Positions 15,170-27,600 of a stretch of DNA of 64,000 nucleotides are shown here, piece after piece (position 1 is the first letter of the stretch; each line of letters begins with the position of its first letter). Source of the stretch: Chiloscyllium plagiosum (taxonomy: Eukaryota). The stretch spans positions 63,822,602-63,886,601 of the forward strand of contig NC_057719.1 of assembly GCF_004010195.1 (NCBI RefSeq), read 5' to 3'. Both the position numbers and the translations under genes were made by a program. The notes under the pieces are model-generated. The model did no database searches. It was not told the origin of the DNA and saw only the letters and a list, made by a program, of their open reading frames with translations.

Positions 15170-15460
15170 TCTAGTTGGGGTATGCAATCTAGAGAGCCAG
15201 GTAATGTTCTGGAGATCTGGTTTCAATTCCCACCATGGTGAAATTTGAATTCAATAAATATCTGGAATTAAGAGTCTAATGATGACTATGAAATCATTGT
15301 CAATTGTCACAAAGCCCCCATCTGATTCAGTAATATCCTTGAAGAAAGATCATCCCCATCCATGCCTGTGACTGTGAACTCCACACTGGGAAATTAGGGA
15401 AGGATAATAAATGCTGGACCAACCAATGTCACCCACATCCTACAATCAAATGAAAAAAAT
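15170..15460 (+). mobile_element. tRNA-derived SINE with LINE-like 3' tail
   Basis: B-box-like ggtttcaattccc. A reverse-oriented relative lies at 53830-54160. Tail ataaatgctgg...ccacatcc resembles the 3' end of the LINE at 16870-18520. Confidence 0.55.
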
Positions 15461-16869
15461 ATTTCTTCAACTTAAAAAATAGCCAGCGTATTGTTCAAAT
15501 TATATAATAAATATAACTAAATAAACAAATATCTTGCTTCATCTGCTACGATGTCATGCTATTACTGCCATGCCATATAAAAAGTATCACCAGGAAAATC
15601 ACAAAGCTAAGATGGATTGCAATACCATCAATGCTTACCTCTTTCTGATTTGAGTAGACTTTTCGTCAGTTGAAGAACCAAAACAGATGTGACCAGTTAG
15701 ATGACCCAACTTTCATTATTTGAATGCAGATTTTCCCTTGAAACAATTTAACAGCAGCTCCAACAAATGAACTTGGAATCATATGATCCAGAAGCTGCAG
15801 CCTGGTTTTGCAGGAAAGTGTGATTAGCAGGATTAGTCATAAATTACTGTAATCTGTGTCCTGAAATGTACATAGTCGCTTGCGATACTGTCAATCAGTT
15901 CAGAGTGATAGAATAACAAAAACAGACCAGAACTTTAACAGGCTAAAATAAATCATATAATCTATAATCGAATAGAAACAAATGAAATTTGACAAATACC
16001 TGGTTGCAAACTGTAACACAGAAATCTGATTAGCATTACCATGAGGGATTGATTACCATTTTTTTATGTCGGTGTCACTAGCATTTACTGTCCAATTAGA
16101 AGTCCATTAGAGGTTGTGGTAACCCATCCTCTTGAACCACTGTACTCCAGGTGTTTAAACATACCCATAGTGTTGAATTTTGATCCTATAAACAGTGAAG
16201 GAGTGGTTTAATAGTTTCAAATCAGGATGATGATTTTCCTCTTAAACTGCAATGCATACAGACCCAACTACTCAAGCACTACTGATAAGAAACCCCCTTT
16301 TCACCCAGAATCAACCAAGTGAACCCTTCTCTGAACTGCCTTCAATACTAATATATCTTTCTGTTGATCAGGGGACAAATTTGTCACAGAATTCCAGGTG
16401 TGAGTGCTTCAAACAAATGGCAAATTGTAAAAGTCAAAAAAGTAGCTTTGTCAGGTGGGGAGGATGGGATATCACACAAGAGTTTAGTCCAGTAATATTA
16501 CAAAGGTTTGGCCACAGTCAGCCAGGCACTTAATCTACACAAATCCAGGGATTCATGTCTTTCATTCCAGTAGTTGTCCACAGTCATTTCTGGACACTGT
16601 GCAATCAGTTAAGGATTACTGGTAGGCCAGTCAGAGCACTGTTGAGACATCAGTCCAGTGAATAGACAATAGTGATACACCTCAGGGGAACAGCCGACTG
16701 GAAATCAAGCCCTGTTATTATTGGAATCATCACAAAAGTTAAAATATTTACTGAAGTATGCAAAATTCCCCAATTTACCTGTCTTTAGATTCAGGGTGAT
16801 AGAAAGCACACACATGTTGCTATTATTTCTTAAAGAAGAAATGGTTGCAGGCATTGAATACTGTAGGAG

Positions 16870-18520
16870 CTATAGGTCCTGACAACATTCCAGTAATAGT
16901 ACTGAAGATTTCTGCTCCAGAACTTGCCACTTCCTTAGCCAAGCTCTTCCTGTACACTTACAACACTAGTTACAGTTACCACCTCATGAGTCTACTCTTT
17001 AGCATCAGGAGAAAGTGAGGACTGCAGATGTTGGAGATCAGAGTCAAAAAGTGTGGTGCTGGAAAAGCACAGCCAGTCAGGTGTATCCTTATGCTCGAAA
17101 CGTACTTGGACCTCCCCCTCACTGCTGATGAAGAGCTTATGCTCAAAATGTCGATTCTCCTACTCCTCGGATGCTGCCTGACTGGCTGTGCTTTTCAGCA
17201 CCACACTTTTTTTAATTCTTGATCATCAATAAGATGATGGACAGTGTCATCAACAGTGCTATCAAGCAGCACCTGCTCAGCAATAACCCGCTCAGTGATG
17301 CTCAGTTTGGATTCTGTCAAGGTCACTCAGCTCCTGACCTCATTACAGCCTTAGTTCAAATATGGACAAAAGAGCTGAATTCCAGAGGTGTGCTGAAGGT
17401 GACAGCCTTGACATCAAGGCCATATTTGACCGAATGTGCATTCAAGGAGCACTAGCAAAACTGGTATCAATGGATATCATCCAGCAAACTCACTGCCGGT
17501 TGAGTCATAACCGTGTCTAAAGGAAGATAGTTATGATTGTTGGTGGTCAGTCATCTCAGCTTCAGGATATCTCGGCAGACATTCCTCAGTGTAGTGTCCT
17601 AGACCCAAATATCTTCAGCTGTTGCATCAATGACCATCCCTCCATTATAAGATCAGAGGTGGGGATGTTTGTCAATGATTACACAATGTTCAGCACCATT
17701 CATGATCCTCAGATACTGAAGCAGTCCATGTTCACATGCAACATAATCTAGACAATATCCAGGCTCCAGAAGACAAGTGCCAAGTAACATTCATACCACA
17801 CCAGTGCAAGGCAATGACCATTGAGAGACAATCTAACCACCAACATATAACATTTTAGTGATGTAACCTTCACTGAATCTCCCACTATCAACATCCTTGA
17901 AGTTACCATTGATCAGAAACTGAACTGATCTTACACATAAATATAGTGACTACAAGAGCAGGTCAGAAGCTATGAATACTGTGATGAGTAACTCACCTCC
18001 TGACTCCCCAAAGCTTGTCCAGTGTCTATAAGGCACAGGTCAGGAGTGTAACAGATTATTCCCCACTTGCCTTGATGGGTGCAGCTTCAACAGCATTCAA
18101 GATATTTGACACAATCCAGGACAAAGCTGGATTGGCACCATATCCACAAGTATCCACTCCCTCCACCACGGACACTTAGCCACAATGCATACTATCTACA
18201 AGATACACTGCAGAAAGATCCTTTGACAGTATTTTCCAAACCATGACCACTTCATTTAGAAGGACAAGGGCTACAGATACATCAGAGCCCATCACCTGCA
18301 AGTTCCTCTCCAAGCCACGTGGAAATATATTACCATTCCTTTAAGTCGCTGGGTCAAAATCCTGGAATTCCCTCCCTACAGGCACTGTGGGTCTAGCTAC
18401 AGCACGTGGACATCAGCAATTCAAATGGCAGTTCACGATCACCTTCTGAAGGGCAACTAGGGTTGGGCAGTAAATACTGACCAGCTGGCAACACCCATGT
18501 CTTATGAGTAAATAAAGAGA
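16870..18520 (+). mobile_element. Decayed CR1/L2-group LINE (RT to 3' end), interrupted by a PLE
   Basis: QFGFCQGHSAPDLI and PQCSVLDP..F...IND..MFVND motifs in ORFs 17219 and 17533. A-rich end. Confidence 0.8.
17008..17212. mobile_element. Palindromic Penelope-like insertion (family A), degenerate hammerhead
   Basis: Tailed left arm and inverted right arm. Core ctgatgaagagcttatgctc-aaaa-tgtc has GAAA mutated. Confidence 0.8.
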
Positions 18521-20009
18521 AAAATAAATATGTTATAACAACAGGTAAACCTTTAAGACCATTGGCATATAAGCCTACTTGTTAAATCACTAACTTTATA
18601 ACATTCTCCCTACACACACAGATAGATAAAGAAAAATATGGGTGTCATGCGCAAAGAGAGAGACTGGAAAAGTAGTTCATCAGTCCCTTTCAATAAGGTT
18701 CCCTGAGATGATCCTTTCAAATTGTACAGTCCTGCTGGTCCTCATTCTTCCCTGTCCAGGTGCTTTCATTTGATTGGCAGAGGTACAGAACAACTGGTTC
18801 ACACTCATGAACTATCTGGCACAATAGTTGAGAAGTACAGCTTACAGCAACTTCAGGCTTGATGTGTATTTACTACTGAGAGGAGAGTTTCGTCCTAAAT
18901 AGAAGTCAAATGACTTCTGCTAAAATATTCATTGTCACAAATTGTTTAGCTACCTGGGAGTGAATCACATAGCTGTTGGCAGGCAGAAGGTCTTTGTCAT
19001 TGACAACAGGTCACCTTTCCCCAGATCAAACAGCTACCCGTTGCTGGCCAAATTTCCATTCGTACACATCCCTTGGCCCCAGCTCACTAGCAACTAGACT
19101 CCTCCTCTGCTTGAATAAATGGTAGTGTAGATAGCATTTACAATGAGAGTCAGCTAAATTGCTTTTCAAAAGTGAATTAATCCTTTCCACAATGCTTGAT
19201 TTTTAAAACAGAACTTTTCCCATTTCGGTTTACAATCAAAGATACGGAAAAATGAAAGGATATAGTCAGTCGGGGTCATCCTGCCATGTCAGTCTGGACC
19301 ATTATGCCATGGTCAGTCATGGGATTTAGTCAATAATCATCAGTTGGCAGTCCATGGAATCCTGGGGAAAGAAGACAATTCTAAACTAGGGACTGGCATC
19401 ACTATACAGCATCTCCAAGGGAATGGTTATTGCATTCGGAGGGAATTGTAGAGAATAGGATAGGACTTCCTGGTGAATGGGAGCAGGAAGAGAGAGACTA
19501 TGAGCTCTGAAATAGGGGTGAAGTTCAAACAGTTCACAATACATCATGCCTATGTGAGATTACTTTATCTGTTCAAGACAGAGTAAAAGATCTTGGAATT
19601 TGAGGCCCTGCTAGGAGCAATTTCAATAATCAAGCCTCCACTGACTAAATAATGCACAGAATCACAGATGTGTTTTGGTACGTTTCCAAGTCATCTTAAA
19701 TCAGTGCCCTCTTATTCTACATTCTTTTCCAAGCAGGAACAAATCATCACTTTTACTGTGTCCTGACCTCTCATGATTTTGAAACCTTCTTTCAGATCTC
19801 CTCTTAGCCTTCTTCTTTCCAAGGAAAACTGTCCCAACCACTCTAATCTATTCTGATAATTGAAGTTTCTCATCCCGAGAACTCTCTTCTGCACTATATC
19901 CATTGCCTTCACATGCTTCTTAAACAGTGGTAGCTTGGACTGTTCACAGTACTCCAGCAGAGATCTAACAAATGGCTTACACAAGTTCAGCATAACCTCC
20001 TTGCTTTTC

Positions 20010-20245
20010 GGAAGTGGGGAAGATGTCTAGTCCACAAATTGCTGAACTTAATATTGAGTCCAGAAGGCTGTAGAACTCCCAAGGAGAAACTGAGCTGCTG
20101 TTCTTTCAGCTTCACTGGAGCTCTGCAGCAAGCCTGAGAGAGAGATGTTGGCCAGGGAACAGGGTGGTGTGTTAAAGTGGCAGGCAACTGGAAGCTCGGT
20201 CTTTTTTTGCAGACAGAATGTAGGTGTTTTACACAGCGGTCACCA
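20010..20245 (-). mobile_element. Old Neptune-like PLE endonuclease C-terminal fragment
   Basis: ORF 19987-20187 KLKEQQLSFSLGVLQPSGLNIKF parallels RSEEERLIFRLGTLQPQGMNLDF of the young copy at 21 kb. Confidence 0.6.
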
Positions 20246-20688
20246 CATTTTGAGCAATGTTTTCAGTAGACTAGCAGAGCTTCACCTGGAACTCTGGATT
20301 TGATTGCCTGACCTTTGCCATTTGAGGGAATATACCTTGACTGTATCTGAGCCATTTCTTTTTTGAAGGTAGCCCGTCATATAGCTAGTTTTTCCTATCA
20401 ATCATTTGCTCCAGTCTGTTCAGCTGAGCTCCATTCTTGCCTTACTGAAATCAGCTTTTCCCTAGTTAATTATTCTTCCTATGGATTGCCTATTTGTCCT
20501 TTCCTGTCAATGTCTTAAACCTTTCAGTACAGTGATCACTGTCTCCTACACATTCCCCCACTGATCCTTGATCTGCTTAGCCCATCCCATCTCTGTTCAA
20601 CAGTGCATCCTTTCTTGTTGGATGAGACACACTTCTGTTGAGCGGTTATCCTAAGCACATGGAGAAAGTTTGTCCTTCATCATTCTTT

Positions 20689-21530
20689 GTTGAAACTTTA
20701 TTGCTGGAACAGCACAGCAGGTCAGGCAGCATCCAGGGAACAGGAGATTCGACGTTTCGGGCACAGGCCCTTCTTCAGGAATGAGCGGAGAGTGTTCAGC
20801 AGGAGAAGATAAAAGGTAGGGAGGAGGGACTTGGAGGAGGGGCGTTGGAAATGTGATAGGTGGAAAGAGGTCAAGGTGAGGGTGATAGGTCGGAGTAGGA
20901 TGGAGGCGGAGAGGACAAGAAGAAGACTGCAGGTCAGGAAGGCGGTGCCAGGCGGGAGGGATCCGGCTGAGACAAGGGGGGGGGAGGGGGGATGAAGAAA
21001 CTGGTGAAGTCCAAGTTCATCCCCTGCGGTTGGAGGGTTCCCAGTCGGAAGATAAGACGCTCCTCCTCCGACCGTCGCGTTGTTGTGGTTTGGCGGTGGA
21101 TGAGTCCAATGACCTGCATATCCTCGGTGGAGTGGGAGGGGGAGTTGAAATGCTGTGCTACAGGGTGGTTGGGTTGATTCGTCCGGGTGGCCCAGAGGTG
21201 CTCTCTGAATCGCTCCGCAAGTAGGCGGCCTGTCTCCCCAATATAGAGGAGGCCACACCGGCTGCAGCGGATGCAGTAGATAATGTGGGTGGAGGGGCAG
21301 GTGAATCTGTGGCGGATATGGAAGTTTCCCTTGGGGCCTTGAAGAGAAGTGAGGGGGGAGGTGTGGGATTCCCCTCCCCTATCATATATTTCCCTCCCCT
21401 CCCCTATCAGATTTCCGTAGAGACCACTCCCTCCGCGACTCCCTTGTCAGATCCACACCACCCACCGACCCAACCTCCACTCCCGGCACCTTCCCTTGCA
21501 ACCGCAGGAGGTGCAACACTTGCGCCCACA
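20689..21530 (-). mobile_element. Young Neptune-like Penelope element, 3' fragment (GIY-YIG endonuclease, 3' UTR, hammerhead) with an inverted 5' segment
   Basis: Minus strand reads HIIYCIRCSRCGLLYIGETGRLLAERFREHL...RLIFRLGTLQPQGMNLDF. Plus strand 21390-21530 reads FPSPPLSDFRRDHSLRDSLVRS...PGTFPCNRRRCNTCAH (Cys-rich linker). Confidence 0.88.
20747..20782 (-). ncRNA. Minimal type I hammerhead ribozyme motif
   Basis: AUUC CUGAAGA A GGGC CUGU GCCC GAAA CGUC GAAU: intact core, 4-bp stem I, 4-bp stem II, palindromic ACGU stem III. Confidence 0.8.
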
Positions 21531-21576
21531 ACTGCAGTCAGAGGCGAATTGTTAAGAAAAAAGGTCGCATCTATCT

Positions 21577-21890
21577 GGCATGGTAGCTCAGTGGTTAGCA
21601 CTGCTGTCTCACAGCACCAGGGTATTGCATTTGATTCTACCGTTGGGCGACAGTACATTCTCCCCATGTCTGTGTGGGTTTCCTCTGGGTGCTCAGGTTT
21701 CCTCCCACAATCCAAAGACATGCAGGGTACGTGAACTGGTCATGCTAAATTGTCATAATGTTCAGGTTAGGTGCATTAGTCACGGGTAAGTATAGGATAA
21801 TAGGATAGGGGAATGGATCTTCAGAAGATTGGTGTGGATTTGTTGAGCTGAAGGGCCTGTTTCCACACTGTAGGGATTCTATGATTCTAT
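21577..21890 (+). mobile_element. tRNA-derived V-SINE (HE1-like), inside the captured segment
   Basis: A box ggtagctcagtggttagc, V-domain cattctccccatgtctgtgtgggtttcctctgggtgctcaggtttcctcccac, tail gggcctgtttccacactgtagggattctatgattcta. Confidence 0.8.
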
Positions 21891-22422
21891 CCTCTCAAGT
21901 GGAGGGAGAAGATACCATAGCACAATTTTAAAGAATAGTAAGGGAGTTAACCCTGGAGTCCTGACCAATCAACATTGCAAAAGCAGGTCACTTGGCAACT
22001 ATCATATTGCTGTTTGTGGGAGCTTATTGTGCCCTGTTTCATTGGCTGAGTAAAAAAAATTTCATTGACCGTAATGAGCCTTGCTGAGGTTCATACAAAT
22101 GTGACTTTCTTTCTTTATGTATTCTATTTATTCATTAACAACTTCACTGAGGGGTGGCACTACAAACAATCCATCTCTACCTTAATGATATTGTTGCATT
22201 ACCTTGTAAGATTGACACCCAAATCTTCCCATCGCAGATATAAAGGTCTTTCTTGAAAACATCAAACCAGAGACGGCTGGCTTCAGTCTCAGTGCAGGGT
22301 GGGTGGCTTCCAATTGTCACCTTCATGTCTGTTTCTGATTTCAACACAAGAGGAGATCAACAACGTTCGTATTTACCAGAGACGAGTCATTGAGTTAGAC
22401 ACTGTGTGGCTTCACTATGGCT

Positions 22423-22769
22423 AGGAGAAAGTGAGGTCTGCAGATGCTGGAGATCAGAGCTGAAAATTTCATTTCCCCTCCTCCCACCTTGTCTCAGTCA
22501 AATCCATCGAACTCAGCACCGCCTTCCTAACCTGCAATCTTCTTCCCGACCTCTCCGCCCCCACCCCAGTCTGGCCTATCACCCTCACCTTGACCTCTTT
22601 CCACCTATCACATTTCCGACGCCCCTCCCCCAAGTCCCTCCTCCCTACCTTTTATCTTAGCCTGCTGGACAAACTTTCCTCATTCCTGAAGAAGGGTTTA
22701 TGCCCGAAACGTCGATTCTCCTGTTCCCTGGATGCTGCCTGACCTGCTGCGCTTTTCCAGCAACACATT
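22423..22769 (+). mobile_element. Penelope-like 3' UTR fragment (family A) with a short inverted tail and a hammerhead at 22682-22717
   Basis: attc-ctgaaga-agggtttatgccc-gaaa-cgtc-gatt. Diverged from the 20689 and 24175 copies. Confidence 0.8.
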
Positions 22770-24174
22770 CCAATCCAGTGAGGGAAGTTGGAAGATTTAA
22801 GCTGCTATCTTTTTGACGAGAGCCTACTAAGTGAAGGCCTGTCTGTCCTCTAATGTAGACATAGAAGAGCCAATGGCACTATTTTTAATAAGAGTTATAG
22901 ATACATAGAAAACACAGTAAGATTTCATGCACAGAAGGTAGTCGTCTGGCACATTATGTCCATACCAGTCGATGAATACCTCGTCACACTAATCCCACTC
23001 TCCAAATTTTGATTCCTAAACCCATTGACTGTTCCACCGCATGTTTTAATGTGATTATGGTTTTTGCCTGTATTACCCTTTGAACTCGTGGGTTCCAGAA
23101 CCTCACCACTGATGAGAAAGTTGTTCCAGGTGTCATAGTCAATATTTTTTCAATAATTAGTACAGCATTTCTTTTTGTGGGAGCTTGCTACATGTAAATT
23201 GCCTGCTATGTGTCAACACTGACTGTACTTCCAAAGTACTTTATTGGCTGTAAAGCATTTTGGATCTTTCTGTGGCCATAACAGTTACTATATAAATGCA
23301 ATTTAATTTTAATAACTCAATAGTTACTCATAGAAATCTAATGTTATATCACTGGGATGCTTTTTTGCCATTATTATGGCAATAATGTTTTTTTCAAATT
23401 TAAAAAAAAGTTATGATATTTCAGCTACTTTAATCCCATGTGTATCACTGATGATTTGTATTTACTCTGTGGAAATTTTAATTGAGTAGAAGATTTTACT
23501 GCATTTTACTTTCTGATTTGCTGTTTGAGAATACTTCAGTGTAATTGGCTGCCAACTCCCTGCGGTGATATCACTGTTACTGTATGCCTAGTGTTTGTCT
23601 TGATCTTGCACATATCAAGAAAGGGAAACTTCATGCCTCAGAGATCACTAGATAGCAGAAAATCCCTTTAATACTTCAAAGTACTCTTTTGGTATGATCC
23701 TAGATATTGAATATTGTTAGATATTATTACTGGAGCGAATCATAGATTTACATTTAAATAGTTCCCATTTCTGTCTTTGTTCACTCCTTTCCTCAGCAAT
23801 ATTTTGTGTTTGATTTTGTCTACTTTCTGTGGTTTTATTTACCCTAATGAAGAAGAGCATATCTTCTCAACATCACAACTATTGATCTCACCCTGCTTGG
23901 CTGTTGTATGGAACCCCCTACGTGTTAACCCCTTAAAGCCAAATACATAACAATATTGTCAAATTTGATGGAATTTTAATGCATTTACTTTAGGGGAAAT
24001 TTGGCATGTTAATATGCTGCAGTTTTTCTTATCTGCGATGTTTTGTGTTATGTTGCTGAAAATATTACTGATGAAATACTTAGCAGTTGTAGTAAAATCA
24101 TGCGTATACTTAGGATGAAGAAGATTATGAGTACCACATATGCTTGGTCCAGTTCTTGTTGGATTCATTTGGAT

Positions 24175-24618
24175 ATCAAAGTTGAAACTTTATTGCTGGA
24201 ACAGCACAGCAGGTCAGGCAGCATCCAGGGAACAGGAGATTCGACGTTTCGGGCACAGGCCCTTCTTCAGGAATGAGCAGAGAGTGTTCAGCAGGAGAAG
24301 ATAAAAGGTAGGGAGGAGGGACTTGGAGGAGGGGCGTTGGAAATGTGATAGGTGGAAAGAGGTCAAGGTGAGGGTGATAGGTGGGAGTAGGATGGAGGCG
24401 GAGAGGTCAAGAAGAAGACATTTCCAACTCCCCTCCTCCAAGTCCCTCCTCCCTACCTTTTATCTTCTCCTGCTGAACACTCTCCGCTCATTCCTGAAGA
24501 AGGGCCTGTGCCCGAAACGTCGAATCTCCTGTTCCCTGGATGCTGCCTGACCTGCTGTGCTGTTCCAGCAATAAAGTTTCAACTTTGATCTCCAGCATCT
24601 GCAGACCTCACTTTCTCC
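24175..24618. mobile_element. Palindromic PLE end (family A) with hammerheads at 24239-24274 (-) and 24490-24525 (+)
   Basis: Near-perfect inverted arms. The left arm is a direct repeat of 20689-20927 (3 differences in about 239 nt by eye). 35-nt tail at 24584-24618. Confidence 0.88.
24490..24525 (+). ncRNA. Minimal type I hammerhead ribozyme motif, sense to the GPHN pre-mRNA
   Basis: AUUC CUGAAGA A GGGC CUGU GCCC GAAA CGUC GAAU. Predicted cleavage after C24521. Confidence 0.8.
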
Positions 24619-26924
24619 TCCTTCATCATTCTTTACCCTACCAATGTCCCAGTCTACATTCAGGTAATTAAAGTCCACTATTACAACTGCCCTATAATGT
24701 TTGCATTCTCTGTAATTGTTCTGCAGATTCATTCCTCTACATCCTTCCCACTAGTTTGTAGTCTGTAGACTGCACTGAGTAATATTATTGTACCATTTTT
24801 GGTTCCTTAGCCACATTAATTCTCTTTGACCCCTCTGAGACATCCTCTTTCTCCAACTCTCCATAACAAATATGCCCATCCCTCTCCTTACCTTTTTTTT
24901 TCTGAATTCCTTGTACCCAGATATTTAACACTTTTCCTGGAGCCAAGTCTCTGTTATTTCCACAACATTATATTTCCGTATACCAACTGCACCTGCAATT
25001 CTCCAGTCTTATTTACTATACTCTGAGTATTCACACACATACACAGTAACCTGATTTAGATTTCCTTACTTTCTCCCTTATGCTGAGTTCACGAATGAAT
25101 CTGTTCTGTCTACAAATGTTAACTGTCTCTCCCAAGTATCTTTGCAACATGATATTCCTCCCTAATATTCTCACTTATTTCCCACACCTCTGCCAATTTA
25201 GTTTCAGCTTGCAAACAGCACCAGCAAAACGCCTCTGCAAGGATTTAAGTCCCAGATCTGTTCAGAAGCTTTGCTTCCAGCTTGTATAGGCCCCATCTGC
25301 CTCATCCTCCTATTTCTGGACTCACTTGCATGTGGCACATTATTGCAGTTGAGGCCTTGCTTGCTAACTTTCTACATAGCTCGCCAAATTCTGATTACAG
25401 GACTATATCCGCCTCCCTGCCAAAGTCAGTGATACCATTGTGAACTGTGACCTCTGGCTGTTCACCTTTCCTCAAAAGAATGTCCTCCAGCTGCTCTGTG
25501 ACATCTTTGACTTTGGCACCAGGAGACAATATGCCATCGTGGATCATGTATGTCTATTTGCCTAATTAATGAATCTCTTACCACTATTGCTCTTCCTTTC
25601 TTCTCCCTCCCGTCCTGTACCATTGAGTCACATAGAGTACCACAAACATGGCTCTGACTGCACTGCCTTGAGGAAGTCGCACTTTCACCAGCTTCTAAAA
25701 TGGAAAATAGATCTCCCTTTTCTGCAGCTGGCAGCATTTCCTGTACATACGGTTGTCAGTCATGGCTTGTCACAAATTACAAGACTCACATTCCACTCAA
25801 CTGAGCTGTGCTGCCATTCTTTACATTAACTTTCCTGTATTTTGAATTAGTTTTGTTTGGTTCTGACTTTCCCTTCTTCCTGGTGTTTTTAAGCCAAAGC
25901 TACTTATTTAAAAGTGATACCCTTTTCCAATTTGCAACAATTTAAAACAGTTTTTATCAACCAATGAACTTACAGCTTTCCTGTGACTTCACAGAAAATT
26001 AGCTCTCCTTACAAACTCAATGTAGGCCAGTTTCAGGCAGCTGACTCCCAGGTGTGGGAAGTATCCTGAATCTCAGCCCAGATTTATACACTGGTATCCC
26101 GAGCTGTTCCTCTGAAGCTCAGCTGCCTCTTAGACTCCCAGATAAGTGCAAACCGTGTTCATCAGCAAGCCATTTGTGTCCAGGAAAACAGATGAAAAAT
26201 TATGTCCTCAAGCAATTATGAGTATTACATAGTGTACACACAAGTTACCTCCTTCTCATATTAGCTGGCAAGTGTCATAGTAACAAGACACTTAAATGGA
26301 GCCTGAGCCTGAAGTTTCCATTTCATGAGCAAGTACAGGAAGGCAGTACTTTCCAGTTGCAGATCCTCTTATTAAAATGTAAGTATACAGGCTGCCATGT
26401 GGATTGAGCCTTCTCTTTGCAGGATGGTGCAGAGCATGCCAGCAGGGTCATTTATTCAGGGTATGAAAAGCTATCACTAACTACTGGGAGTTGTGGAGAT
26501 GGAGAGAAGTGGCAGGTTGTGGCAGTGGCTTACTGGCAGAATTCCCTGTCAGATATAGTGTGAAACATTTGGTTGTGAAACTTGCAGTTGGATTACTCAA
26601 AGTTCCTTCTGAAGCCATGCACTGACCTCCTTCTGAAGCCTCCAAGCTATACTGTGGGTAGCTTCAGTGGTGGATGCAAATGCTCAGGAATTCCTTGAAT
26701 AAAATCATGTTATCTTTCAGACATTCTCCCACAGGGTTAACTGCTCATAGAATTCACATTAGAACACCATCCCTGGATTCATTGTAGCTAAGTGCAATCC
26801 AAAGACAATGCAGAGGGGTACAGTAATTACGAGTTCATGCTCAATCCTAGCAAGAACAACCACCACTGTATAGCCTTCAGAGGGGAAAGCAGAAGTTGAA
26901 GATCCACCAAGGAGGCAGGGGAGA

Positions 26925-27600
26925 ATGCTCAGACCTGCATCTATAGTCCTTGCAGTTATTAATTTCAACTGTCTGAAAGTCAGGGCAGGTACAGATTTAA
27001 GGTTGTTCCATCCATTATTGCTGAATTTTGCAATCTACTTGAGGAAGGCTTGCGCTCAGAAGCCTATCCTGGTTGCCACCAAGGTCACAGCTGCCTTGAA
27101 CTTTTATGCCTGTGCCTCTTGTCATGGTACAACCAGGAACCTATATGGCACCTACCAGTCTTCAACCCACAAATGCATCCAGGATGATACTGACGCTACT
27201 TTCTCAATGACTTATAATATCCTTCCCTGTGACGATGAGAGTCAAACAGCTTGAGCACTGGGACTCTCCATCATTGTTGGCACCCCCAGGTGCAGGGCAT
27301 TATCGACGGACCAATATCCTCAGCAACCTGTGGAGCTTGTCAACTGAAAAGGCTTCCACTCCATCTATGTTCAAAGTATATCTGACCAACGATGTCAAAT
27401 TCCAAAGGACAGTGCAGATATCCTGGGAGCTGCTATGACTCTTACATACTCAACAACTCACAAGTTCCTACATTTTTTTAAGGTCCTCAGGCCATATGAG
27501 GAGGGCTGCTGGGAAACGAGGACGACCCCTCCTGACATGGCTAAGAACAACTTGATAAAACCTCAGGCTGACACAGAATGAAGATGACACTTGGACTATG
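26925..27600 (+). pseudogene. Frameshifted PIF/Harbinger (HARBI1-like) DDE transposase relic
   Basis: Collinear motifs across frames: VATKVTAALNFYA, QSSTHKCIQD, PQVQGIIDG, VN*KGFHSIYVQ, RYPGSCYDSYILNNSQVP, LLGNE. Confidence 0.8.

Larger units (their letters stand above)
19630..25300 (-). mobile_element. Decayed CR1 LINE (ORF2), internally deleted and split by PLE insertions at about 20010-20245 and 20689-24618
   Basis: C-terminal LEWLGQFSLERRRLRGDL (ORF 19712). The APE endonuclease motif VVIVDFNYLNVDWD at 24640-24690 continues across the insertion into 20688 and below. Confidence 0.75.

Noticed and set aside
16560..19280. Possible LTR-like element split by the LINE at 16870-18520
   Set aside because: I could not define termini or a TSD.
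24111..24177. Possible captured exon (tag|DEEDYEYHICLVQFLLDSFGY) in the imported segment
   Set aside because: Weak acceptor, no donor before the PLE, and a peptide I do not recognise. A database search would be needed.
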